Assembly: GCA_964529225.1 (NCBI GenBank) | Contig: CAZGVX010000001.1 | Span: 74,020-138,019 of the forward strand | From: an uncultured Sphingobium sp. | GTDB lineage: Bacteria; Pseudomonadota; Alphaproteobacteria; Sphingomonadales; Sphingomonadaceae | DNA length: 64,000 nt | Reading direction: 5' to 3' | Part shown: positions 29,744-38,625 of the stretch, piece after piece | Layout of the letters: each line of letters begins with the position of its first letter | Numbering within the stretch: position 1 is the first letter of the stretch | Made by a program: the position numbers and the translations under genes | Notes under the pieces: model-generated | What the model saw: the letters and a program-made list of their open reading frames with translations, nothing else | The model's database searches: none | Told to the model about the DNA's origin: nothing

Positions 29744-30874
29744 TTGAATTTCGACCTTAGCCAAGACGAGCAGATGCTGAAGGCGCTGGCTGAGCGGTTC
29801 GTCACGGAGCAATATGATCTCGACCGGCGCACCGCCTATCTGCGCCATCCCAGCGGCTTCTCGCCGGAAAACTGGCGTCTGCTTGGGGAACTGGGATTGA
29901 TCGCCGCAATGTTCGACGAGGCGGCTGGGGGGCTGGACCTCGACGGGACGGGCATCGCCATCGTTTTCGAGGCGCTGGGTCGCGGCCTGGCGGTCGAGCC
30001 CCTCGTGGAAAATGTGGTGCTGGCAGGCCGTCTTTTCGCCGCCAGCGCGCGCGACGATCTGCGGGCCGCATGGCTTGGCGACCTTGTCACCGGCAGTCGG
30101 CGCATCGCGCTCGCTCATGCCGAAGCCGGGTCGCGTGACGGGGCGACCTGGGTCAGCGCGCGCGCGGTGTCGTCGGATGGCGGCTTCCGCCTGGATGGCG
30201 CCAAGGCCTATGTTCCGGCCGGGGCTGAGGTTGACGGCTATATCGTCAGCGCGCGCGATAGTGGCGCGCCACAGGATTCGACCGGGCTTGGCCTCTACTT
30301 CGTCCCGGCCGACGCGCGCGGCGTCAGCAGCGAAGCCTGGCGGATGGCGGATGGCTCCGCTGCGGCGTCGGTCACGTTCGAGAACGTCGCGCTTCCTGCC
30401 GATCACAGGCTGGACGGCGGGCTGGAGGCAATCGAAAACGCCCAGACACTTGCCAATCTGGCGCGCGCCGCCGAGGCGATCGGCATTATGGAGCGTCTGT
30501 TCGCCGAGACCCAGGACTATCTGCGCACCCGCGAACAGTTCGGCGCGCCGCTTGCCAGCTTTCAGGCGATCCAGCACCGCATGGTCGCACAATATGCCGC
30601 GCTGGAGCAGGCGCGCGCGCTGCTGAATCTGGCGATGGTATCGCATGCCCAGCCCGGTTTCACTCCGGCGGTGCAGGGCGTGCGGGCCTTTGTTGCGGAT
30701 GCGTCCGTCACACTCGGGCACGAAATGATCCAGTTTCATGGCGGCATGGGCGTGACGGACGAACTGTCGGTCGGCCATGGCCACAAGCGCCTGCTTGTGC
30801 TTTCACGCTGGCCGGACGGGCCGGACGCGGCGCTGGACCGCTATGCCGGGGTCGTCCCGCGGGTTCAGATTTAG
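29744..30874 (+). CDS. Acyl-CoA dehydrogenase, small subunit of heteromeric (PimD-like) type
   Basis: REQFGAPLASFQAIQHR, QFHGGMG; TTG start after GGGAGAG. Confidence 0.82.
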   Translation: MNFDLSQDEQMLKALAERFVTEQYDLDRRTAYLRHPSGFSPENWRLLGELGLIAAMFDEAAGGLDLDGTGIAIVFEALGRGLAVEPLVENVVLAGRLFAASARDDLRAAWLGDLVTGSRRIALAHAEAGSRDGATWVSARAVSSDGGFRLDGAKAYVPAGAEVDGYIVSARDSGAPQDSTGLGLYFVPADARGVSSEAWRMADGSAAASVTFENVALPADHRLDGGLEAIENAQTLANLARAAEAIGIMERLFAETQDYLRTREQFGAPLASFQAIQHRMVAQYAALEQARALLNLAMVSHAQPGFTPAVQGVRAFVADASVTLGHEMIQFHGGMGVTDELSVGHGHKRLLVLSRWPDGPDAALDRYAGVVPRVQI

Positions 30875-31629
30875 AGCGACGATCCGCCGTCGAGCACAAA
30901 TTCCGCGCCAGTCGCAAAACCGCTCTCGTCGCTGGCGAGATACAGGCACAGCGCCGCCACTTCCTCAGGCCGGCCAAGTCGCCCGACGGGATGGCCCGCC
31001 ACCCATTCGGCATAGAGTGCGTCCGGATCGTTCGACTGGGCCAGCACCTTGTCGAGGATCGGCGTGTGGATGACGCCAGGGTGCACACTGTTGCAGCGGA
31101 TGCCGTATCGCTCACGCGCATAGTGGAGCGCGATGGATTTGGTCATGTGCGTCACGCCCGCCTTGGCGGCATTATAGGCGGCGAGATAGTGGCGCGCGCG
31201 AATGCTCGCCATGGAGGCGATATTGATCACCGATCCGCCCGTCCGCTTCATCAGCGGAACGACATGCTTGCAGCCGAGGAAGACGCCGAGAAGGTCGACG
31301 TCGATCTCGTGCCGGAAAGCGTCGAGCGTCAGATCCTCTACCGATCCGATCGTGGTGATGCCCGCGCAGTTCACGAGAATGTCGAGGCTGCCCAGCCGGT
31401 TTTCGGCCAGCTCGAAGGCCGCAATCCACTGATCCTCTCGCGTGACGTCCAGCGGGACAAAGGCCGCGCGCTCGCCGATCTCCGCCGCCAGGCCGCTCCC
31501 TCGAGGCTCGTCGAGGTCGGCGAGCAGGACGGTGCCGCCTTCGGCTGCGAACCGCCGCGCGATCGCCTCGCCCAGACCGGATGCAGCCCCGGTAATCAGC
31601 GCCGACTTGCCCGCAATCCGTTCCGCCAT
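30871..31629 (-). CDS. SDR, hydroxysteroid/cyclic-alcohol dehydrogenase-like
   Basis: TGAASGLG, NCAG, YNAAK, NSVHPG. Confidence 0.88.
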   Translation of the reverse strand: MAERIAGKSALITGAASGLGEAIARRFAAEGGTVLLADLDEPRGSGLAAEIGERAAFVPLDVTREDQWIAAFELAENRLGSLDILVNCAGITTIGSVEDLTLDAFRHEIDVDLLGVFLGCKHVVPLMKRTGGSVINIASMASIRARHYLAAYNAAKAGVTHMTKSIALHYARERYGIRCNSVHPGVIHTPILDKVLAQSNDPDALYAEWVAGHPVGRLGRPEEVAALCLYLASDESGFATGAEFVLDGGSSL

Positions 31630-31640
31630 GGCATCCTGCT

Positions 31641-33290
31641 TCAGTGGTTGGAGATATGCTGTCCGAGATGCCGCCCGGCGATATAGCCAAAGGTCATGCC
31701 CGGACCGAGGGTGCCGCCCGCGCCGCCATAGGCTTCGCCAAGGACAGCCGACATCACGTTACCCGCCGCGTAGAGGCCGGGGATCGGGTTGCCCGCCCAG
31801 TCCAGCACCTGCGCGTCGCCATTGGTTTTGGGACCACCCGCTGTGCCGAGCGCGCCCGACTCCATCCTGACCGCATAAAAGGGCGCCCGGTCAATCACGC
31901 CCAGCGTGCGATAGGGCGGATCGAAATCGGGATCGCCCCACATGTAGAAGTTGTCATATGTATTGTCGCCGCGATTGAAGTCGTCGTCATGCCCCTTGCG
32001 AACCATGTCGTTGAAACGCGCGACGGTAGCGGTCAGCCCTGCAGGGTCGATGCCGGCGATCCCGGCGAGTTCCTCCAGCGTCGCCCCCTGCATCATGTAG
32101 GAGGGGATCGGCGCACCCGGCGGCGAGGTGAATGTGGGGTATTTGTCCTTGTAGCGTTGGTCGATGATCAGCCAGTAAGGCAGATTGGCATAGCTGTGCG
32201 TGCCGGCATCGAACGCGACGATCGCCTTGCCCATCGCATTGTAGTTCGCCGCCTCGTTCACGAACCGCTTGCCTGCGCGGTTCACGAGGATGGCGCCCGG
32301 CCGCGCACGCTCGTCCGAACCGAGCATATAGTTGGGCTTCGCGCCGCGCTGCGGCTTCATCTCCAGCACGCTCTGCTGCCAGAAGGCGTTCTGCATGTTG
32401 CCAAGCTGCGCGCCCGCCTCGATCGCCATGATGAGGCCGTCGCCCTCATTCTCCGGCACGCTGACCGGGCCGGTGAGGGGGCCGCGCACGAAAGTCTGGA
32501 CGAGCTTTTCGTTCCATTCGAACCCGCCGGTAGCGATCACAACGCCCCGGCGGGCGCGGACGCGAAAGTCCTTGCCGTCCGCATCCTCGGCGACCACGCC
32601 GATCACCCGGTCGCCATCCTTGACGAGCTTGCGCGCGCGCTTCTCGAATTCGACGGGGATATCGCGCTCGATCACCGCAAGAAACAGCGCCCCTACCAGC
32701 GCCTGCCCCAGGCCACGATAGTCTCCTGCCTCGCGCTCTGCCAGGGTGGTCTCGTCCAGCGAGCGGCTGACCGCCTCAACCAGGCTGCCGCGCAGGGGAT
32801 AGGCCATCTTGCTCGGGTTGACGCGGTTCGCCCATTTGCCCAGTCGATCGAAGGAGAAAGCGTCATTGTCGAGCGAGCGCCCGCCATCGGGCTTCGCGCC
32901 CGGCATGTAGGGCTGATAGTCCGGGAAATCCTTCCAGGCGTGGAGGCGCACCGGCGTCCGGTCCGCCAGATAGCGGATCAGTTCCGGGCCGTTTTCCATG
33001 AATGCGCCCAGCGTCTCCGGGTCGAGCTGTTCCGGCGCGCAGGCGTCCAGATAGGTGACGATGTCCTCGTCGGAATCGGCGATGCCAGCCTCGATCTGAT
33101 GATGATTGCCGGGTATCCAGAGCATGCCGCCGGACATCGCGGTGGTGCCGCCCACCATCCCCGTTTTTTCGAGGATCACGACATCCGTTGCGCCGAAATC
33201 ATGTGCGGCGATCGCGGCGGTCATCGCCGCCCCCCCGGAGCCAAGAATGACAACGTCGACCTCGCGGTGCCAGGTAATGTCCTCGTTCAT
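31641..33290 (-). CDS. FAD-dependent 3-ketosteroid-delta1-dehydrogenase (KstD)-family protein
   Basis: GSGGAAM, GGTTAMSGGMLWIP, FPDY, RFVNE..Y, GLYAAGN, YGGAGGTLG. Confidence 0.8.
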   Translation of the reverse strand: MNEDITWHREVDVVILGSGGAAMTAAIAAHDFGATDVVILEKTGMVGGTTAMSGGMLWIPGNHHQIEAGIADSDEDIVTYLDACAPEQLDPETLGAFMENGPELIRYLADRTPVRLHAWKDFPDYQPYMPGAKPDGGRSLDNDAFSFDRLGKWANRVNPSKMAYPLRGSLVEAVSRSLDETTLAEREAGDYRGLGQALVGALFLAVIERDIPVEFEKRARKLVKDGDRVIGVVAEDADGKDFRVRARRGVVIATGGFEWNEKLVQTFVRGPLTGPVSVPENEGDGLIMAIEAGAQLGNMQNAFWQQSVLEMKPQRGAKPNYMLGSDERARPGAILVNRAGKRFVNEAANYNAMGKAIVAFDAGTHSYANLPYWLIIDQRYKDKYPTFTSPPGAPIPSYMMQGATLEELAGIAGIDPAGLTATVARFNDMVRKGHDDDFNRGDNTYDNFYMWGDPDFDPPYRTLGVIDRAPFYAVRMESGALGTAGGPKTNGDAQVLDWAGNPIPGLYAAGNVMSAVLGEAYGGAGGTLGPGMTFGYIAGRHLGQHISNH

Positions 33291-33378
33291 CAGTTCATCT
33301 CCACTAACGGCGCCTCTGGTGCGGGCGCTCGATGCTATTGTGCGTCTGTCCACACCGCCCAGGGCGGCGCGAACGGTT

Positions 33379-33801
33379 TCAGCCCTCGACGGGGATCAGG
33401 AAGTCCATGGTATAGCGTTCCGCCTTCCAGCCGTCCGCGGTGCGCACCACGTCGAAATAGTAGCGGCCGTGCACGGTGATGCCGCCACCTTCCTTGAACC
33501 GGCCCATGCCGATCACATAGGCGCGCATGGTTGCGCGGTCCCCGGCATAGGCAGTCACGGCGAAATTGGTGAGATAGTGGGCGTGGTGCGCCATGCCCGC
33601 AAACACGCCGGCGAAGAACTCCCGGATGCCGTCATGTCCCCTGACGCGCGGATAGTTGATGCCGCTCAGGTCGAAATCGGCATCCTCGGTGAACAGGGCG
33701 CAGATGCCGTCGATGTCGTGCAGGCTGTCGACCGCATGCGCATAGGCGATCAGCAGATCCTGGATCGCCAGGCGGTCCTCGATCGGGCAGGTGGTGGTCA
33801 T
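33379..33801 (-). CDS. SnoaL-like/NTF2 family protein
   Basis: DRLAIQDL..YAHAVD...LFTEDA, HHAH, GRY...DGWK. Confidence 0.85.
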   Translation of the reverse strand: MTTTCPIEDRLAIQDLLIAYAHAVDSLHDIDGICALFTEDADFDLSGINYPRVRGHDGIREFFAGVFAGMAHHAHYLTNFAVTAYAGDRATMRAYVIGMGRFKEGGGITVHGRYYFDVVRTADGWKAERYTMDFLIPVEG

Positions 33802-34376
33802 GCGGCTGTCTCCGCGAATAGCAGGCGAACGGGGTCGGTCTTGCCGTCCCAGTCCTTGGCGCTTTCGGCGATCAGCCGGAATGCCGCCGTCTGGACGGGG
33901 TTTTCCTCCACAATCTCGATCATGCAGCCAAGCGCGGGCGACGTGTCGATATAGCAGAAGCGCATGTCGCCGAACCGGCCGTCGACGGCGCTTGCAAAGC
34001 CCTGATCGAGATAGCGTTGGCGCGTCGCGTCATATTCGCCCGTGTAGATGCAGAAGTGATGGAAGCCGGTGCGCCCTTTCGCGATGGTGTCACGATAGGC
34101 GCTGGGGCTGTCGCAATGCTGCTGGATCAGTTCGATCTGGGTGCCGCCCGACTGAGCGATCGCCACCGAGAAATCGAGCCCGTCGACCGGCGTCCCGCGA
34201 TATTGCGCCTCCGCTAGGCGAATATGCGGGACGAGGAAGAACGGCCCGATCCCGGTCGTCTTGGCCCAGGTCCGTGCGGCGGCCTCCACGTCGTCGACAA
34301 GGAAGGCCGCCTGCATCACATGGGGTCCGACCACGCCGGGCGTGACAGCGATGGGGCTGGACCCGTTCGGTGTCAT
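33798..34376 (-). CDS. VOC (glyoxalase/epimerase) family protein
   Basis: MQAAFLVDDVE, QIELIQQ, GFHH, MIEIVE; ATG 34376 overlaps upstream stop. Confidence 0.8.
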   Translation of the reverse strand: MTPNGSSPIAVTPGVVGPHVMQAAFLVDDVEAAARTWAKTTGIGPFFLVPHIRLAEAQYRGTPVDGLDFSVAIAQSGGTQIELIQQHCDSPSAYRDTIAKGRTGFHHFCIYTGEYDATRQRYLDQGFASAVDGRFGDMRFCYIDTSPALGCMIEIVEENPVQTAAFRLIAESAKDWDGKTDPVRLLFAETAA

Positions 34377-35692
34377 GGCTGCCCGCAGACCATGTCGTTG
34401 AGCAGCTCGTGGAACCGCTGCACGCGCTTTTCCTGATTGGGCAGGAGGCAGCCCCGGAATCCGCGCGAATTGAGGCCCTGTTGCTGGGTGGTCCCGATCG
34501 ACAGATCCTGATCGGCGACGAAGCCCAGCGAAACGCCGTCGCCATAGCGGCTGTGCCGCTGGATCGCATCCTGCCGGAACGGCGCCTTGCCGACGGGCGT
34601 CTCGATTTCCGTCATGCCCTTGACCGGCGGGTAGAGGCACCAATGCTGGAACACGCACTTTTCGGGGTCGGTCGGATGCGGCTCGGTGCGCAGAATCTGG
34701 CATTGCTCCGGCGACATGGTGAGGGTGAGGTTGGGGAAGAGCGTGCAGTGGAAATAGTCGACGAGCTGCTGGTCGCTCATCTGGCTGTAATCATAGCCGC
34801 GCTCGGGACCGAGGCGCCGCTTCGCCTCGATCACGGCCTGGCGGATTTCGCCGGTCCGGCCGCGATATTGCTTGGGGTCGATGCCCCATGCCTCGGCCGC
34901 TTCGTAGAGGCCCGGCGGGACGTCGCCGCTCTCATAGTCCTTGCGGGTTGTCGCCTGATGCCCGACCATCCACATGCTGTTGTGGCCGGACGGATACATC
35001 TCGAACAGGGTCGACGGCAGACCGTCATTGATAAAGGTCGACAGCTCCGGGTGGATTGTCGGCAGATGATAGCTCTCGTTGAAGTTGTCGCGGATGATCT
35101 TCCAGTTGAAGTCGCAGTCAGCCGACAGGTTCAGCACACGCACCCAGTTGTCGAGCCTGTAACCCGCAAGACGCTCCGGGAAGGGGGCGAGCCAGTCATG
35201 CAGCGGCGCGACATCGTCGTCCATGCACCAGAAGACGAACGGTCCCCAGATGTCGCAGCGCAGCTCGCTCAGCTTGACCTTGCCGCACGGATTGCCGCCG
35301 GAGAAGTCGTCCGGGTCCTGCACATGGACCAGCGTGCCGTCCGGGTCGAACTGCCAGCCATGATAGCCGCAGGTGATGCGCGGCGTCGATCCGGCATCGC
35401 CCAGGACGAGCCGATTGCCGCGATGCGGGCAGCTATTGTAGAATGCCTTGATAGACCCGTCGCCCTGACGGACCATGATGACCGATTCCTTGGCGAAATT
35501 GTGCCGGATGAAGTCGCCCTCTTCCTCGAGATCGGCGACAAGGCCGCCCAGGTGCCACACCTTCGGCCAAAGACACTTCAGTTCGCGATCCATCCACTCG
35601 CGGCTGATGTAGCGGTCGGCGGTGATCGTGTCGCCGCGCACGGGGGGATCATATTCCTTGGAGTAGCGGGAGAGCATTGGTTCAGCGGTCAT
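34373..35692 (-). CDS. Rieske non-heme iron oxygenase alpha subunit 1
   Basis: CPHR...CGYHGW; NWK..DNFNESYH..IH; DQD. Confidence 0.92.
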   Translation of the reverse strand: MTAEPMLSRYSKEYDPPVRGDTITADRYISREWMDRELKCLWPKVWHLGGLVADLEEEGDFIRHNFAKESVIMVRQGDGSIKAFYNSCPHRGNRLVLGDAGSTPRITCGYHGWQFDPDGTLVHVQDPDDFSGGNPCGKVKLSELRCDIWGPFVFWCMDDDVAPLHDWLAPFPERLAGYRLDNWVRVLNLSADCDFNWKIIRDNFNESYHLPTIHPELSTFINDGLPSTLFEMYPSGHNSMWMVGHQATTRKDYESGDVPPGLYEAAEAWGIDPKQYRGRTGEIRQAVIEAKRRLGPERGYDYSQMSDQQLVDYFHCTLFPNLTLTMSPEQCQILRTEPHPTDPEKCVFQHWCLYPPVKGMTEIETPVGKAPFRQDAIQRHSRYGDGVSLGFVADQDLSIGTTQQQGLNSRGFRGCLLPNQEKRVQRFHELLNDMVCGQP

Positions 35693-36246
35693 GGGTCTGT
35701 CCTCTCGAAAAGCGCCATCGGCGGCCAGTCGCGCCGCTGGCTGAAGTCTTCGCCACCGCGCCCTGCCCGGTTGGTCTGCGGGTTGGCGGCGAAAAAGCTG
35801 TGGTCGGCGCGCTCCTCGCGAACCCAGTCAGTGATAAGTTTGCGGCGGACGATCCGCCACTCGCCATTGAGACAGGCATAATCGTCGACATAGCGGCCCG
35901 CGATGAACAGGTCGCGCGGGTGGCCGTCGGCATCGCGCACGCCATGCCATGCCTGAAAATAGCATTCGCCGCTCGCGCTGTCCCCGTTCACCGCCAGGCG
36001 GATCTGCCCGAGCAGGTGCTGGGTGCCCTCCATTCCGGCCAGCAGGCTCTGCGCCTCGCGCACGAACGTGTCGGCATCGCCCTGGATGATGCCGGCGTCG
36101 ACCCATGCGCCGTCGTGAAAGGCGCTGCGCTGGAGGGCAGGGTCAAGCCGATCCAGGCCGCTGAGATAGCGGCAGACGGCGTCATGGATGTCGCGCCGCG
36201 CCGCAAGATCGCGGATTTCGGCCTCAAGGTCGCGCGGGACGGTCAT
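35689..36246 (-). CDS. SnoaL-like/NTF2 family protein
   Basis: Y..GLDRLD....AFHDGA, TQHLLG, GRYVD...WRI. Confidence 0.85.
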   Translation of the reverse strand: MTVPRDLEAEIRDLAARRDIHDAVCRYLSGLDRLDPALQRSAFHDGAWVDAGIIQGDADTFVREAQSLLAGMEGTQHLLGQIRLAVNGDSASGECYFQAWHGVRDADGHPRDLFIAGRYVDDYACLNGEWRIVRRKLITDWVREERADHSFFAANPQTNRAGRGGEDFSQRRDWPPMALFERTDP

Positions 36247-36980
36247 GCCACCGTCTCGCCATTGTCGATGGTGATGGTGCTGCCGGTGATATGGCGCCCG
36301 TCATCGCAGGCGAGGTAGAGCACCATGTTGGCGATGTCGATCGGCTGCCCCATGCCGAAGGCGTTGGTCTGGGCACGGCCAGGGTCATCCTCCGCGAGTT
36401 CAGCAACCGCCTGCGCCGTCATCGGCGTTGCGATCCCTCCCGGTGCGATGGCATTGCACCGGATCGCATAGCCCTGCTCCCGGCAGTGGATCGCGATCGA
36501 CCGCGTCATGCCGATGATGCCCGCTTTCGCCGCGCTATAGGCGGGGATGGCGCTGATGCCCATGAGGCCGGCGATCGAGGCCATGTTGATGATCGACCCA
36601 CCGCCGCCCTTGGTCATGTGCGGAATGGTGACATGACAGCCGAGGAACGTGCCGTCGAGCATCACGTCGACCTGCAGCTTGTAGTCGGCGTAGCGCATCG
36701 CCTCGATATTGGCGAAGCGGACCAGACCCGCATTGTTGACGAGCGTGTCCAGCCGTCCGAACCTGTCCATCGTCTCCGTCACCACCTGCGTCCAGGCGGC
36801 CTCGTCACGAACGTCGTGATGGAGATAGACGCAGCCGGGGATGGAGGCAGCGACCTCGGCGCCGAGTGCGTCCTGCACATCGGTGATGACCACTGTCGCG
36901 CCTTCCGCGGCGAGCACGCGGGCGTCCTCCGCGCCCAGTCCCGACGCACCGCCTGTAATCAGGGCGACCTTGCCGCTCAT
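36243..36980 (-). CDS. SDR, 3-beta-HSD-like
   Basis: TGGASGLG, NNAG, YSAAK; start ATG 36980 (TTG 36989 possible). Confidence 0.88.
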   Translation of the reverse strand: MSGKVALITGGASGLGAEDARVLAAEGATVVITDVQDALGAEVAASIPGCVYLHHDVRDEAAWTQVVTETMDRFGRLDTLVNNAGLVRFANIEAMRYADYKLQVDVMLDGTFLGCHVTIPHMTKGGGGSIINMASIAGLMGISAIPAYSAAKAGIIGMTRSIAIHCREQGYAIRCNAIAPGGIATPMTAQAVAELAEDDPGRAQTNAFGMGQPIDIANMVLYLACDDGRHITGSTITIDNGETVA

Positions 36981-37000
36981 CTTGTTCAAACTCGTTCTCC

Positions 37001-37411
37001 TTACTGCGTTTCGAGACGGGTGACCCCGTCCGGGAAGATGAGCCACTGCTGTGCGCGGCAGGACCAGAAGTGGGTAGTCGGGGCGAAATCGGCGGTTTCG
37101 TCGAACGTTCCTGCCTTTATGAAGATGTGCCCCGCCTCGCGCGCGGCTGGCGTGTCGGTAACGAGCGGCGACCCGCAGGACGGGCAGAAGTGCCGGAAGA
37201 CGGGGTTGCCGGTCTCGCTGCGGTCCTCGAACAGCCGCATGTCGCCCGCCACCCGGAGACTGTCGCGCGGCAGCATGGCCACCACCGAAAGGGCCGAGCC
37301 GGACTGTTTCTGGCAATTGCGGCAATGACACACCACCAGCGCGAGCGGCGGCCATGGCGCGTCGTAGCGCACCGCGCCGCACAGACATCCGCCCGAGCGC
37401 GTCTGCGTCAT
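37001..37411 (-). CDS. GFA/CENP-V family protein
   Basis: GGCLCGAVRY, CHCRNCQK, FCPSCGS zinc ligands. Confidence 0.88.
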   Translation of the reverse strand: MTQTRSGGCLCGAVRYDAPWPPLALVVCHCRNCQKQSGSALSVVAMLPRDSLRVAGDMRLFEDRSETGNPVFRHFCPSCGSPLVTDTPAAREAGHIFIKAGTFDETADFAPTTHFWSCRAQQWLIFPDGVTRLETQ

Positions 37412-38625
37412 TGGTGCCACTCCAGCTCCAGCCGGGAGACTTGCGGAACGATGCCGGGTGCGATCGTCGTGTCGGCCGAGGGTGCAACCCGGAAGTCGGG
37501 GATGCGCTTCAGCCATTCCTCGAGCGTGATCGCGACTTCGGCCCGCGCCAGTTCCTGACCGGGGCACATATGCGGCCCGCTCCCGAAGGCCGAATGGCGC
37601 GCGCCCTTGCGGTCGAAGGCCACCGCCAGCGGATCGGTGTTGATGCCGGGATCGAGGCCGTGAACCTGCGTCGGGATGCAGATGAGCTCGCCGGCCTTGA
37701 GCGCAAGGCCGTGGAACAGCATGTCCTCTCGCACGGTGCGCGCGATGGTGACGAGGCCGAAGCGCCGGAACAGTTCGTTCGTCGCCGCCATCACCGCGCT
37801 GTGGTCCATCGCCGCGAGGGCGCGGCGCGTGTCGTCGTGACGGGCGAGGTGCAGCAATGTGAAACCGAGGAAATTGACCACGGTATCGACCCCGGCGATC
37901 AGCACCTGGGTTACCAGCGCGAGCGCCTCCTCATGGTTCAACACCCGGCCGAACGTCTCGCTGCTGACAAGATGGCTGATGAGATCGTCGCCGGGCCGGG
38001 CGCGGCGCTCGGCCACGATCGGGTCCAGATAGTCGTAGAATGCCCGTTTGGCCGCGTCGAACGGCATCGGCGGGTTCGGGCGGGTCATGCATTCGGCCCA
38101 CGCGCGGATTTTGTCGGCATCCTCCATCGGGATCGCGACCAGCGACATGAAGATGCGGATCGGAAAGATGCGCGCATATTCATGCGTGAAGTCGCAATGG
38201 CCGCGATCGGCGAACGTGTCGATCAGTTCGGCGGCTGTTTCGCGGATGCGGGCGTGCATCCGGCGAATGTGCCCCAGCGACATGCCGTCGTTCAGGAGCT
38301 TGCGATAGGGCCGGTGTTCCGGCGGGTCCACGGTGGTGGGGATGAGGCCATGCTGGGCGCCGACCGACTTCGGGATCACGATGATCTTGTTGGAAAAGCG
38401 TTCATGGTCGGACTGGACCTCGGTGAGCACGCTGCCGGACAGGGCTATCCAGTGGCCCTCGTTGCGCGGCGTCCACACGATTGCCGGCGATCGCTCCTGG
38501 AGCGCGCGCCAGGCGCCGTGAAAATCCTCTGTCTGACCCGGGAGGGCATAGATGTCGATGTCCACGACTACCGCTTGCGGGACGTGGGGCGGGATCACCG
38601 CAGCTGGGGGTGGTGCCGAGGTCAT
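37408..38625 (-). CDS. Cytochrome P450, CYP101 family (CYP101B1-like)
   Basis: WTPRNEGHWIA, DPPEH, AGVDTVVNFL, ELFR, FGSGPHMCPG heme motif; subfamily from recalled sequence similarity. Confidence 0.88.
   Translation of the reverse strand: MTSAPPPAAVIPPHVPQAVVVDIDIYALPGQTEDFHGAWRALQERSPAIVWTPRNEGHWIALSGSVLTEVQSDHERFSNKIIVIPKSVGAQHGLIPTTVDPPEHRPYRKLLNDGMSLGHIRRMHARIRETAAELIDTFADRGHCDFTHEYARIFPIRIFMSLVAIPMEDADKIRAWAECMTRPNPPMPFDAAKRAFYDYLDPIVAERRARPGDDLISHLVSSETFGRVLNHEEALALVTQVLIAGVDTVVNFLGFTLLHLARHDDTRRALAAMDHSAVMAATNELFRRFGLVTIARTVREDMLFHGLALKAGELICIPTQVHGLDPGINTDPLAVAFDRKGARHSAFGSGPHMCPGQELARAEVAITLEEWLKRIPDFRVAPSADTTIAPGIVPQVSRLELEWHQ

Noticed and set aside
29582-30784. Apparent 400-aa N-terminal extension of LuxR2 (657-aa ORF)
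   Set aside because: Antisense to the ACAD gene; a GTG with RBS at 29581 gives a normal-length LuxR
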